Origin: an uncultured Candidatus Rokubacteria bacterium
GTDB lineage: Bacteria > Methylomirabilota > Methylomirabilia > Rokubacteriales > CSP1-6
Assembly (NCBI GenBank): GCA_963758635.1
Contig: CAVWWD010000008.1
Location: forward strand, 480,001 to 544,000
DNA: 64,000 nucleotides
Direction: 5' to 3'
Shown here piece by piece: positions 1 through 10,227 of this stretch. Below the pieces are notes generated by a model that ran no database searches, was not told where the DNA came from, and saw only the letters and a list, made by a program, of their open reading frames with translations. Both the position numbers and the translations under genes were made by a program. Positions within the stretch are counted from its first letter, which is position 1. The number at the start of each line of letters is the position of its first letter.

Positions 1-450
1 GCGGGGGTCGTGGCGCTCGGGCTCGCCATCGGCGTCCCCATCGTCACGTCGGCCTGGCTCGTCGCCGTCACCGCCGATCCCGTCTTCGTGATCTTCCCGC
101 TCCCGTTCATCGGGGCGGTGTGGCTGATCCAGGGCCTGGCGCCGACCGGCTACCGCTTCGAGGACCGGGGCGTCAGGATCGAGCGCCGCTGGCTATCGCG
201 CCGGCTCCCCTACTCGGCGATCCGCGACGTCGACCGGGTCGCGCGGCCCATCGGCGGGCTCCTCGCCCTCGGCCTCAACGGGCTGTTCGGGGCCTGGGGG
301 CTCCGGTGGAACCGGCGCACGGGGCTCCACTACCTGGCCATCGCGAATACGCGCGACCTCGTGTTCCTGCACACGGTCAACGGGCTCCTCGTGTTCTCGC
401 CCGAGCGCCCCGACGAGTTCGTGGCCCAGATCCGCCGGCGCCTCCCGTAG
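1..450 (+). CDS. Membrane protein with bacterial PH-like domain (5' partial)
   Basis: Two hydrophobic segments, then GYRFEDRGVRIERR...GLFGAWG, a pattern typical of bacterial PH-domain membrane proteins; stop at 450. Confidence 0.55.
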   Translation, partial: AGVVALGLAIGVPIVTSAWLVAVTADPVFVIFPLPFIGAVWLIQGLAPTGYRFEDRGVRIERRWLSRRLPYSAIRDVDRVARPIGGLLALGLNGLFGAWGLRWNRRTGLHYLAIANTRDLVFLHTVNGLLVFSPERPDEFVAQIRRRLP

Positions 451-517
451 TGCGAAGCGAGCCGCTGAGGCGAAGCGGCCGAAGGCGAGCGGAGCGCACA
501 TGGAAATGCAGTGGAAA

Positions 518-700
518 CAACCCCAGGGGGTCGCCGCGACCGAGTGGGATGCCGTGGACCCAACCCCAGGGGGCCGCCGCGACCGAGTGGGAAATGCCGT
601 GGACCCAACCCCAGGGGGCCGCCGCGACCGAGTGGGAAATGCCGTGGACCCAACCCCAGGGGGCCGCCGCGACCGAGTGGGAAATGCCGTGGACCCAACC
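518..700 (+). repeat. Tandem array of four ~45-bp units
   Basis: Unit CAACCCCAGGGGGCCGCCGCGACCGAGTGGGAAATGCCGTGGACC at 561, 606 and 651; a 43-bp variant at 518; no spacers. Confidence 0.95.
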
Positions 701-715
701 GGGGCGAGGACGCCG

Positions 716-1420
716 TCAGCTCCCGTCCTTGCGGGCGAGCGCCCAGACGGAGACGGGGAACGAGGGCTCGTTCCGGAGCGAGCGCCACCAGCGCCAGGAC
801 GCCCACCGGGAGAAGTTGGCCTTGACGGCGGCGCGATTGCCCCAGGAGGCGGTGCGGACGCCCTCGAAGGGGAAGCCGCACTCGGCGAGGAAGTGCTTGA
901 GCCCCAGCTCGGTCCAGCGCGAGCAGTCCACGGGATAGTCGTGCACGCGGATCAGGAACGGCGTCGTCACCAGGAAGTACCCGCCGGGCCGCAGCATGGC
1001 GTGGACGTTCCGCCCGGCGCGGTACGGCCACAGGAGGTGCTCGAACACCTGATCGGCCACGATCACGTTGAAGCTCCGCTCGAGACGGTCGCGGCACACG
1101 TCGAAGTCGGGGTAGCCCACGCGCTCGACCGAACGGAAGCCGAGATGCATGAACGGGTCGGCGTCGGGCTCCTCCGGGGAGATCTCGAGGAGGTCCAGCG
1201 TCTCCGGGCGGAGCGCGCGCAGCCACGCCGCGCACTCGCGATACATGACCACGCGCACCCACTGCGGGTGGAAGAACGGCATCCCGACCTCGCTGGCGAG
1301 GCGTCGCGACATCCAGTGGCCATAGAGCGCGAAGGGCAGGAGGCCCGAGCGCACGCCGAGGCGCGCGGTGGTGAGGGCCCAGCGGACCGGCCCGGGATGG
1401 GCGCGGGCGAGGGCGGCCAT
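716..1420 (-). CDS. Class I SAM-dependent methyltransferase
   Basis: LDLLEIS...FNVIVADQVFEHL...MLRPGGYFLVTTPFLIRVHDYPVDCSRWT; start chosen at MAALARAHP. Confidence 0.8.
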   Translation of the reverse strand: MAALARAHPGPVRWALTTARLGVRSGLLPFALYGHWMSRRLASEVGMPFFHPQWVRVVMYRECAAWLRALRPETLDLLEISPEEPDADPFMHLGFRSVERVGYPDFDVCRDRLERSFNVIVADQVFEHLLWPYRAGRNVHAMLRPGGYFLVTTPFLIRVHDYPVDCSRWTELGLKHFLAECGFPFEGVRTASWGNRAAVKANFSRWASWRWWRSLRNEPSFPVSVWALARKDGS

Positions 1421-1642
1421 GCGGTCGGAGCGCTTCACGAGGTCCGTGCGCGTGCCCGGCTGGGCATCCTGGCCCGAGCATAGACGATGGCGCGCGAGCC
1501 CGGCAAGCTTCGGGCGCTCGGCGGCGCACATCGTGCCGGGCCGGCGCGCGCGGCTGGACAGCTTCCGCCGGCCCGTGCAAAGATCGGAGCTCGTGACCAT
1601 CGAGACCGCTGTCCGCTCCCGCGCGGAGGACGTGAGGCGTTC

Positions 1643-1996
1643 GTGAGCGGCGTGACCGTCGTCAGCTTCGACATCGACGGCACGCTGGAGGTGGGAGACC
1701 CGCCCGGCATCGTGACCATCGCCATGGTCCGGCGCGCGCAGTCGCTGGGCTACGTCATCGGCAGCTGCTCCGACCGCCCGCTTCGCTACCAGCGCGAGCT
1801 GTGGGAGCGCCTGGTCATCGTGCCCGACTTCACCGTGCTCAAGCACAAGCTGGCCGACGTGCGGGCGCTGTTCCAGGCCGAGACCTACTATCACATCGGC
1901 GACACCGACGTGGACGACTGGATGGCCACGGACGCCGGGTTTCGGTTCCTCCGCGCGGAGGCGGCCCCGCACTGGAGCCCCGGGCTGCTGGCTTGA
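1643..1996 (+). CDS. HAD-superfamily hydrolase
   Basis: Motif I SFDIDGTL and motif IV HIGDTDVD; GTG start at 1643. Confidence 0.75.
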   Translation: MSGVTVVSFDIDGTLEVGDPPGIVTIAMVRRAQSLGYVIGSCSDRPLRYQRELWERLVIVPDFTVLKHKLADVRALFQAETYYHIGDTDVDDWMATDAGFRFLRAEAAPHWSPGLLA

Positions 1997-2015
1997 GTGA
2001 TGCGCCCGCAGGGCG

Positions 2016-2145
2016 CCCCCTCTGACCCTCTCCCCGCCGGGGAGAGGGTAGGGTGAGGGGCGGTAGCGCAAGCACTCCCGGTCGACCGCCGCTGGTCGTT
2101 CGACCGCCCCTCACCCCAGCCCTCTCCCCGCTGGGGAGAGGGGGA
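2016..2145. repeat. REP-like inverted doublet (REPIN/BIME-like)
   Basis: CCCTCTCCCC-N-GGGGAGAGGG hairpins with a GGGTGAGGGG/CCCCTCACCC tail, two copies in opposite orientation, between convergent genes. Confidence 0.8.
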
Positions 2146-2149
2146 GGAT

Positions 2150-4074
2150 TCAGAGACGGGGCTCGACGACGGGGAACATCAGCGTGAAGTCGTCGAGGAG
2201 GCCGAACAGCTCGGCCACGCGGTCGGCGGCGCCGTCGACCGCGCACGACCCCGGCGGCCACCGCGTCCGCGAACGTGGTCTCCCGCAGCACGAGGCGGTT
2301 GAGCACGGAGCGCTCGGTCGTGACCGTGGCGTCCGCCGGATCGGCGTGGCGGTCGGGCAAGGCGGTGAGCGCCGAGTTCTCCAGGTTGAGCGCGAACCGC
2401 CGGCCGAGGTCGGGGAACACCCAGTTCAGGACGATGCGCCGGCCCGCGGCGCGCTCGCCGTCGAGACGGATCCCGAGGTAGTCGAAGAACAGCTCGAGGC
2501 TCATGCCCCGGACGATGTCCGGGCTCACCGGCGCCCGCGCCGCCGTCTTCGGGTGCCCCTGGCGCAGCTCGAGGGCCCCGAGCAGGTAGGCGTTGCGCCA
2601 GGTCGCGGACTCCGCGCGGTAGCCGAGCTGCTCGAGGGCGTCGGCGCCGAGGCGGCGGGCCTCCACGTTGCCGGGGTCGGCGAACACGACGTGGCTCATG
2701 GCCTCGGCGACGAAGCGGTACTCGCCCCGCGCGAAGTCCTCCCGGGCCCGCGCGATCGCCGCCGCCGCGCCCCCCATGTACTCGACGTACTTCCGGCCCG
2801 CGCTCCACCGGGGGCAGCGGGCTCGAGGTTCGCCGGGTTGGCGTCGTACCAGCCGAGGTAGCGCTGGTAGACGGCCTTGGCGTTGTGGCTGAGCGTGCCG
2901 TAGTAGCCGCGCACGTGCCAGGTGCGCGGCGAGGCTCGGCGGCCACGCCAGGCGCTCGGCGATCTCCGCCGCGCGCCAGCCGTGGTTCATGAGCCGCACC
3001 GTCTGGTCGTGGAGGTACTTGTAGGCGTCGCGCTGCCGGGCGAGGAAGTCGAGCACGCGCTCGGTGCCCCACACCGGCCAGTGGTGCTGGGCGAACACCA
3101 CGTCGGCGTCGCGCGCGAAGCGGTCGCGCGCCTCGTCGAGGTACTTCGCCCACGCGTTGGCGTCGCGCGCCTGGGCGCCGCGGATCGGGTAGATGTTGTG
3201 GAGGTTGTGCGTCGCGTTCTCGGCCAGGTTCAGCGCGCGCAGCGCCGGGTAGAACATGTGCATCTCCGCCGGCGCCTCCGTCTCCGGCGCGAGCTGGAAC
3301 ACCACCTCGACGCCGTCGATCACGTGCGTCTCGATCGGCGCGGTCAGGACGTCGCGTGGGCGGGATGAGCGTGACGGTGCCGCGCGAGGTCACCTTGCCG
3401 AGCCCGGCGTCGACCTGGCCCCGCGGGCCGCGAGGCAGCGTGGCGCCGAACTGGAACTGGGCGCGGCGCACCATGGCCGTGCCCGCGAGCACGCTCTCCG
3501 AGACCACCTCCTGCATGAACCGGTCGGGCGCGTACACCGGCACGCGGCCCGCCCGCACCTCGGCCTCGTCGAGCACGCCGCGCACGCCGCCGTAGTGGTC
3601 GGTGTGGCTGTGCGTGTAGATCACGGCCGTCACCGGCCGCTCGCCCGCGGTGCCGCGCGTAGAGGTCCAGGCCGGCGCGCGCCACCTCGGTGGAGATCAG
3701 CGGGTCGATCACGATGACGCCGCGCTCCCCCTCGATCAGCGTCATGTTGGAGATGTCGAAGCCGCGCACCTGGTAGATGCGCTCGGCCACCTGGAAGAGG
3801 CCGTGGTGCATGTTGAGCCGGGCCTGGCGCCAGAGGCTCGGGTTCACGGTGGGCGGCGGCTCCGCGGCCTCCAGGAAGCGGTACTCCTCGAGGCTCCAGA
3901 CCACCCGGCCCTGCGGCGTTCCTGATGACCACCTCGGGCAGCGCTGCCGATGAATCCCCGGCGGGCGTCCTCGAAGTCCTGCGTGTCGGCGAAGGGCAGC
4001 GCGCCCAGCACCGCGCGGTTGTGCGCGGCGGTCTGCGGGGTGGCGTCCTGCGGCTCGGGCGCGGGCGCGCTCAT
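2150..4074 (-). CDS. Alkyl/aryl sulfatase (SdsA1-like MBL fold with dimerisation and SCP2-like domains); several apparent frameshifts
   Basis: Fragments across frames: [60 protein letters not shown]. Confidence 0.9.
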
Positions 4075-5231
4075 CACACGAAGGTCAGCGGCTCGGTCGG
4101 GGTCGGGCCGCGGGCGAAGCGGTCGAGAGCGAGCGGCGCGATGTCCACGGTGCGCGCCTGGCCCTCGGCGATCAGCTCGGCCATGAGCTGGCCGGCGATG
4201 GGCCCGTGCATGAACCCGTGACCGCTGAAGCCGGCGATCACGTAGAGGCCGTCCACGCCGGGGACGGCGCTGACGATGCCGGTCTGATCGGGCGTCATCT
4301 CGTAGAGGCCGGTCCACGTGCGCATGAGCCGCGCCTCGGCGAGGGCGGGCACGCGGCGCACGGCGCGCTCGACCACCTCGGGGGCGAGGCTCCAGTCCGT
4401 CGACATGTCGAACGCGCCGACCTCGTCCTTGCGTCCCGCGCCGAGCAGGATCCCGTCGCCCTCGCGGCGCATCGAGAAGCCCCAGTGCTGGCCGATCACG
4501 AACGGCGTGGCCGCCGGGATGCGGTCGGTGGGGAAGGTGGCGGTCATGAACTTGTGCCGGCGCCGGGGTGTGACGGGCACGTCGATCCCGGCGAGCGTGC
4601 CGACGACGCCGGACCACGCGCCCGCGGCGATCACCACCACCGGGGCGTCGATCGCACCGGACGCCGTGGTCACGCCGGTCACGCGGCCGTCCCCGCGCGC
4701 GAAGCTCACGACCTCGCACTGCTGCCGGATCGACACGCCGAGCTCGCGCGCCCGGGCCGCGATCGCCGTGGTGCAGAGGTAGGGATCGGCATAGCCGTCC
4801 CGCGGCGAGAACGTGGCGCCCAGCAGGTCGCCGGTCTCCAGGTACGGGAAGAGGTGCCCGGTGTCCTCCGGCGTCAGGAGCCGCACGTCCACCCCCAGGC
4901 TCTGCTGGAGGAGGACACTCTGCCGGGCCACCGCTAGCTCCTCCTCGCTACCCACGAGCAGGAGATAGCCGTGCTGGCGGAACCGGGGATCGACGCCGAA
5001 CTCTTCCTCGAAGCGCTCGTAGGTGAGGATGCTCTGGAGCGTCAGCTCGATGCCCACGCGGTTCGCGTACTGGTGGCGGATGCCGCCGCTGGCGAGCGCG
5101 GTCGAGCCGGAGCAGACGGTGTCGCGCTCCAGGACCACGATCCGCCCCGCGCCCCGGCGCGCCAGGTGGTAGGCGGTGCTGACGCCCATGATCCCGGCGC
5201 CCACGACGATGACGTCCGCGGTCTCGGCCAT
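4074..5231 (-). CDS. FAD-dependent oxidoreductase, DAO/sarcosine oxidase beta family
   Basis: VIVVGAGIMG Rossmann motif; GLYEMTPD; GFSGHGFMHGP. Confidence 0.9.
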   Translation of the reverse strand: MAETADVIVVGAGIMGVSTAYHLARRGAGRIVVLERDTVCSGSTALASGGIRHQYANRVGIELTLQSILTYERFEEEFGVDPRFRQHGYLLLVGSEEELAVARQSVLLQQSLGVDVRLLTPEDTGHLFPYLETGDLLGATFSPRDGYADPYLCTTAIAARARELGVSIRQQCEVVSFARGDGRVTGVTTASGAIDAPVVVIAAGAWSGVVGTLAGIDVPVTPRRRHKFMTATFPTDRIPAATPFVIGQHWGFSMRREGDGILLGAGRKDEVGAFDMSTDWSLAPEVVERAVRRVPALAEARLMRTWTGLYEMTPDQTGIVSAVPGVDGLYVIAGFSGHGFMHGPIAGQLMAELIAEGQARTVDIAPLALDRFARGPTPTEPLTFV

Positions 5232-6212
5232 TCAGCGCCTCCTCTGATGAGCCCCGCGCATCAGACTGATGCCGGGCGGTGGGATTGCAGAGGCCTGTGG
5301 CGGTTCCCGTATTCTGCGAGGATCATCGGCCCGCGACGGGCTCCGTGCGCGCTCACCGGCCAGCGCCAGCGCGCCGAGCACGCCCGCCCGGTCGCCGAGC
5401 GCGGGCGCCACGATGTAGTCCTCGATCCGGTCACGGAGCGGGGCAGCGTCCGGATAGCCGCCGAGCAGGTCCTTGACCCGCGCCTGCACGCGCGGCAGCA
5501 GGTGTCCCGCCGCCATCACCCCGCCGCCGACGGCGATCCGGCGAGGCGACAGGACCGAGACGATGGCGACCAACCCCAGCGCCAGATACCCCGCCTCCAG
5601 CTCCCATCCCGGATGATCTTCGGGAAGCTCCTCGGCCGCCAGTCCCCAGCGCCGGGCCATGGCCTCGCCCGAGGCGAGCCCCTCGAGGCAGTCGCCGTGG
5701 AAGGGGCAGGCGCCGGGGAACGGGTCGGCAGCGAGGTCGTGAGGCACCCGCAGGTGCCCCATCTCCGGATGCACGAGGCCGTGGACGAGGCGGCCGTGGA
5801 CCAGCGCGCCGCCGCCGATGCCGGTGCCCACCGTGACGTACACGAACGGATCCGAGCCGCGGCCCGCGCCCCACGCATGCTCGGCGAGGGCGGCCCCGTT
5901 CACGTCGGTGTCGAACCGCACGGGCACCCCCAGGGCGCGGGCGAACGGGCCGGCGAGGTCCACGTAGGACCAGCCCGGCTTCGGCGTCCTGGTGACGTGC
6001 CCCCAGGTGGACGAGGCGGGATCGAGGTCGACCGGACCGAAGGAGGCGATGCCGAGCGCGGCCACCGGTCCGTGCTGCACGAAGAAGGCCAGCGCGGTGG
6101 CGATGGTCTCGGCCGGAGCGCCGGTGGGCACGCGGGTCTCGGCGCGGATGTCATCGGGCCCCGTGCCTACCGCGCAGACCAGCTTCGTGCCGCCTGCCTC
6201 CACACCGCCCAT
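5232..6212 (-). CDS. ROK family sugar kinase (fructokinase-like)
   Basis: GGVEAGGTK, FDTDVNGAALAE, YVTVGTGIGGG, HPEMGH, CPFHGDCLEGLASG; the 3' end reads through a repeat element, so the true stop is uncertain. Confidence 0.9.
   Translation of the reverse strand: MGGVEAGGTKLVCAVGTGPDDIRAETRVPTGAPAETIATALAFFVQHGPVAALGIASFGPVDLDPASSTWGHVTRTPKPGWSYVDLAGPFARALGVPVRFDTDVNGAALAEHAWGAGRGSDPFVYVTVGTGIGGGALVHGRLVHGLVHPEMGHLRVPHDLAADPFPGACPFHGDCLEGLASGEAMARRWGLAAEELPEDHPGWELEAGYLALGLVAIVSVLSPRRIAVGGGVMAAGHLLPRVQARVKDLLGGYPDAAPLRDRIEDYIVAPALGDRAGVLGALALAGERARSPSRADDPRRIREPPQASAIPPPGISLMRGAHQRRR
5248..5325 (+). mobile_element. 78-bp MITE-like element, copy A
   Basis: Matches the reverse complement of 44640-44717 (6 mismatches over the first 71 bp) and of 29859-29930; imperfect TIRs TGAGCCCCGCGCA...TGCGAGGATCA. 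Confidence 0.7.
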
Positions 6213-6295
6213 GACCCTCCCCTGCGGAGAGGGTCGGGGAGGGGCGCTCGTCCGAGCACGCCCGGTCGACCGGCGTCGGTCGGCGCCGCGGCAGG

Positions 6296-7054
6296 TCAGC
6301 CCTGTCCGTAGACGCGTCGCGGCCGCCAGTGGCCACGCTGGTGGGCGGCCACGTAGTCCGGGCGCGCGAACAACTTGATGAGCACCACACCCGCCACGAA
6401 GCCGCCGATGTGGGCCCCGAAGGCCACCCCGCCCCCCTCGCTCCGACCGACCAGCACCCCCAGGAACTGGAGCGCCATCCAGTAGAGGAGCATGGTCCAC
6501 GCGGGCAGCGCGATCGAGGTGATGAAGAAGCCGATGGGCACCATGGTGAACACGCGCACCCGCGGGTAGAGGACCAGGTACGCGCCCATCACGCCGCTGA
6601 TCGCCCCGGACGCGCCGACCATCGGGATGCCCGAGGAGGGGTTGATCATGACCTGGAGCAGCGCGGCCGCCGCGCCGCTCAGCGCGTAGAAGAGCCCGAA
6701 CCGTCCGGGGCCCATCGAGTCCTCGATGTTGTTGCCGAAGATCCAGAGGAACCACATGTTGCCGAGCAGGTGCATCCACGATCCGTGCAGGAACATCGAC
6801 GTGAGGATGTGCGAGGCCTGCCGCCCCGGGTCGGTGAGGCACACGAGGCCGTCGCCCATCGGGAACCGGGTGCCCGGCCGGAGCATGCCCGTCAGCTCGC
6901 CGGGGATCAGCCCCAGATCGCACACGCTTCGCGCCAGCGCGAGCGGAGAGCCGGCGCCCTGCACCAGCAGCCACACCGCGACGTTGGCCGCGATGAGCAG
7001 GAACGTGAGGACCGGCGTCCGCTGCGTCTCGTTCTCGTCACGGTAGGGGAACAT
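6296..7054 (-). CDS. Rhomboid family intramembrane serine protease
   Basis: HGSWMHLLGNM, GASGAISG (catalytic Ser), AHIGGF (catalytic His). Confidence 0.95.
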   Translation of the reverse strand: MFPYRDENETQRTPVLTFLLIAANVAVWLLVQGAGSPLALARSVCDLGLIPGELTGMLRPGTRFPMGDGLVCLTDPGRQASHILTSMFLHGSWMHLLGNMWFLWIFGNNIEDSMGPGRFGLFYALSGAAAALLQVMINPSSGIPMVGASGAISGVMGAYLVLYPRVRVFTMVPIGFFITSIALPAWTMLLYWMALQFLGVLVGRSEGGGVAFGAHIGGFVAGVVLIKLFARPDYVAAHQRGHWRPRRVYGQG

Positions 7055-7243
7055 GCGTGATCCTTTCGGCCCAGCTTCACGGGGTAGGGACCTCGGTCCG
7101 CGGTGAAGATTACCCGCGGAGCGCAGCCGCCATTATTGCTCGATCGTGCCTGTCGAGGTTGACCCGCGGGTCACGATACGCCTAAGGTCGTACATCACGG
7201 CTGGCCGTGGTCCGGGGCCAGCACGAGGGAGGCGCGCTCTGCC

Positions 7244-7567
7244 ATGCGAGTGGATGACCGGAAGGTGCCGATCTCGTTCCTGGCCCTCGCCGGCATCCTG
7301 GCGCTGGTCTCTTACCTGACCTCGTCGGTGGGTCTCTTCGTGGCCGCCGCCGTCCTCCTGGTCGGGGGCGCCGTCGTGCGCGCGATCGACCGGCTCGGAG
7401 ACGACCTCCGGGCCGCGCGCATCGCCGCGGAGCTTGGGGGGCCGGCTCCTCCCGTCGTGCCATCCGCGACAGGCCCGGCGCCCACTCCGCCCCCGGCTCC
7501 GGACGTCCCGCTGGCCCGGCCCTACACGCGTCCACCGTGGGAGAAGGATCCCCAGGAAACGCCCTGA
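7244..7567 (+). CDS. Hypothetical membrane protein with Pro-rich tail
   Basis: GGAGG RBS upstream; two hydrophobic helices. Confidence 0.55.
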   Translation: MRVDDRKVPISFLALAGILALVSYLTSSVGLFVAAAVLLVGGAVVRAIDRLGDDLRAARIAAELGGPAPPVVPSATGPAPTPPPAPDVPLARPYTRPPWEKDPQETP

Positions 7568-7681
7568 GCGGCGCCCTGCCCGCTCGTCCATGCTCCCACG
7601 TGGAAGGTAGCGGGCGCCCTGATGACGGGGCGCCCGCCGTCCTGGAGCGGACCGCTTCGCGCTGACCCGGCGGTTCTTTCC

Positions 7682-8287
7682 CTACAGCATCTCCCGCCGG
7701 GCCTTCTTCGCGCGCGCCGCGCCGATCGCGGTCTTCACGTCCTTCTCCTCCTCGGGCGGTGGCAGCACGGCGGGCATCCCGAGCGAGTCGATCCAGAGCT
7801 CCCGGCTCCAGCCCTGCGTGTGGTAGAGGTGCTCGTCCTCCTGCTCCTCGACCTTCTCGAGGGCCTCCTTCACCGCCTGCGCGTCCTCACCCTTGAGCGC
7901 CCGCGACGCCGCGATCTCCTTGAGCAGCTCCCAGTTCAGGTGATCCTTGGTCTCCGCGCTCACGATGCACTCGGTGGCGACGAGCTCGGCGGCCTCGGGG
8001 GGCCCGGCCTCGAGCGCCAGCTTCATGGCCTTCACGAGCGACTGGCCGATGTGCCGGACCACGCCACGGCCCGGCGTTTCCGTCGTGGTGTCCAGCCCGA
8101 AGTGCTCCATCAGCCCCGACACGATCACGGCGTGATCCTGGGTCTGGGCGAGGTACTTCTCCCACTCCTCCCTGAGCTCGTCGTTCACCACGCACTCGAG
8201 CGCCGTCTCGTACACCTTGGTGCCTCCGAGCTCCGTCTCCAGCATCTGTCCCAGCAGCTCGGCGAACTGGCCCTTGTCGATCTCCAT
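7682..8287 (-). CDS. Ferritin-like (DUF892-type) protein
   Basis: ETELGG..VYETAL, AETKDHLNWELL, EEQEDEHLYH diiron-like ExxH helices. Confidence 0.75.
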   Translation of the reverse strand: MEIDKGQFAELLGQMLETELGGTKVYETALECVVNDELREEWEKYLAQTQDHAVIVSGLMEHFGLDTTTETPGRGVVRHIGQSLVKAMKLALEAGPPEAAELVATECIVSAETKDHLNWELLKEIAASRALKGEDAQAVKEALEKVEEQEDEHLYHTQGWSRELWIDSLGMPAVLPPPEEEKDVKTAIGAARAKKARREML

Positions 8288-8348
8288 CGGTGCCCTCCCT
8301 TGGCCTGGCGTTGATGCGGCGCCTCACGGCGCCCCTGGAGACGAGTGG

Positions 8349-8365
8349 AGCAAGCTCCGTGCCGG
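8349..8365 (-). promoter_or_regulatory. Putative sigma-54 promoter for the ferritin-like gene
   Basis: Minus strand CCGGCACGGAGCTTGCT fits GGCAC-N5-TTGC (-24/-12), about 60 bp upstream of the start. Confidence 0.65.
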
Positions 8366-8448
8366 CCCCTCGGACGAGGAGAGCTCCGGGCGGGAGGGTT
8401 GATCGAGGAGGGCGATCGTGAGACCGGAGGGGCGGATGGGTGGGGTGG

Positions 8449-9105
8449 TCAGGCGCCGCGGGGACGCCGCGCGGCCTCGCGCAGCAAGGCATCGAGATCC
8501 AGGGCGCTCGACGACCGCGCGTGGGCGTCAACGCCCTGGCGCCGGAGCTGAACGAGGGCGCGCGCGTGATCCTCCGGGGTGCGCGCCGCCACGCAGTCCG
8601 AGGGGACGACGACGTGGTAGCCGCGCATGTGAGCCTCCTGCGCGGTGATCAGGACGCAGCTATCGGCGAGCAAGCCGCTCACGATCAGCGTGCGGGCCCC
8701 GAGGTGCTGGAGCAGGAGGTCGAGCGCGGTGCCGTAGAAGCCGGAGTGCTGGGGCTTCAGGATGAAGTAGTCGCGGGGCCCCGGCCGCAGCCGGTGCGCC
8801 ACGTCGCGCCCGCGCGCCCGTGGGCTCGAGCAGTGCGCGACGAGCTTGCGGAAATCCGACCGCCAGCGTCCGAAGTTGTCGTTGACGTACACGACGGGGA
8901 TGCCCGCGCGGGCAGCGCGCGCCTTCAGCTGGCGGATCCGGGTGGCCATCGCGCGCGCGGCGCCGAGCACCTCACGGCCCTCCTCGAACGCGAAATCGTT
9001 GATCACGTCCACGAGGAGGAGCGCGACCGCGGACGTGTCCGGAGCGCTCCCATGCAGGGTCGGCGACGGCCGGGGCCGACGGGTGGCGCGCATCAGACGG
9101 GCCAC
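8449..9105 (-). CDS. Isochorismatase-family cysteine hydrolase
   Basis: ALLLVDVINDF, LKPQHSGFYGT, GLLADSCV (D-K-C triad). Confidence 0.9.
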   Translation of the reverse strand: MARLMRATRRPRPSPTLHGSAPDTSAVALLLVDVINDFAFEEGREVLGAARAMATRIRQLKARAARAGIPVVYVNDNFGRWRSDFRKLVAHCSSPRARGRDVAHRLRPGPRDYFILKPQHSGFYGTALDLLLQHLGARTLIVSGLLADSCVLITAQEAHMRGYHVVVPSDCVAARTPEDHARALVQLRRQGVDAHARSSSALDLDALLREAARRPRGA

Positions 9106-9121
9106 GTCGGCGCGTCCTCCC

Positions 9122-9364
9122 TCACGCGCCGCCCTCCAGGATCTCCGAGATCACCAGCTCGAGGTTCCGGCCCGTCCGGATCCCGGCGGCGCTCAGCATC
9201 TCCCAGTGCGCGCGCCGCAGGGTGATCTTGAGCGGCAGGGTGACGGGATCGCCGGCGCCGGGAGCGCGGCGCTCGATGGCCTTGCGCGCCATCGCCTCGA
9301 TCTGCTCGCGCGTGAGTGACGTGGCCTTCGGGGAGAGCGGCGAATCCTCCGGGCGTCGTGGCAT
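9122..9364 (-). CDS. Small hypothetical protein, possibly ribbon-helix-helix
   Basis: GGAGG RBS; C-terminal strand-helix-helix pattern LPLKITL...LELVISEILE. Confidence 0.5.
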   Translation of the reverse strand: MPRRPEDSPLSPKATSLTREQIEAMARKAIERRAPGAGDPVTLPLKITLRRAHWEMLSAAGIRTGRNLELVISEILEGGA

Positions 9365-9634
9365 CGATGTCCTCCCTGGAGACCCAGTCTACGGCGTCTG
9401 GTCACTGGCGCACGCGCCGCGCGGCGACGCAACGGAGAGATGACTCGAGGCTGAACGGAAATACCGGGTCGTCGGGTGCAGTCACGGACCACACGTGGGA
9501 GGAAGGCCTGCTGGGAAGGGGCGCCGGCCCTGGCATGTCCATTGCGTTCCCAGCGAAGCATGGTCGAGCGAGCCCTCGCTGCCACGGCGGATACAAGAGT
9601 CGTCGCGACGGGACCACGGAGCGGATCGCGAGGG

Positions 9635-10227
9635 ATGAGCGCCGAGGAGCGAGCGCGCGTGCTCGATGCCATGGTGCGGTGGTCGGACACCGTCATCGAG
9701 CGACCCCATCCCGTCGTCGGCAATCTCCCGATCTGCCCCTTCGCGAAAGCGGCCCGGCTGAAGCGGACCATCCGGTTCGAGGTGCTGGCGTTGATGCGGC
9801 CGATCCACTCGAGCCGTCAGGCACCGTCATGCGCCTGGTGCACGAGTTCCGCCGGGCGCCGGACCTGGAAACGCTCTTCGTCATCCATCCAGATCGTGTC
9901 GGCATCGGCGCGCGCGCCCTCGAGGCATTCGTGGCCCGGCTCAACGCGCGACTCGTGACGGAGGCCGACACCGAGGACCTGCAGGTGTTCGAGGCGCACC
10001 CGGAGAGCGACTTCTGCATCGGCGGCGTGTACACGCGGCGCAGCCCGTATCCGAGCTTCCAGGCGCTCAGCCGGCGCCTGCTGAAGGCGGCGTCGGACTC
10101 GCTCCTCGGATCCGGCTACTACGCTCACTTCACGCCGGCGATGCTCCGCGCGGTGGGGATGCCGCGCGGACCGATCGCCGAGGATACCAGGACGTCATGT
10201 CCACGGGCCTCTTCGTCACGCGCGTAA
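9635..10227 (+). CDS. DUF1415-like protein (frameshift near 9790)
   Basis: NLPICPFAK in one frame, then FEAHP...TRRSPYP in the next, resembling the family's CPFA and RSPYP motifs. Confidence 0.55.

Noticed and set aside
518..700. CRISPR array
   Set aside because: The units are contiguous and near-identical with no unique spacers, and there are no cas genes
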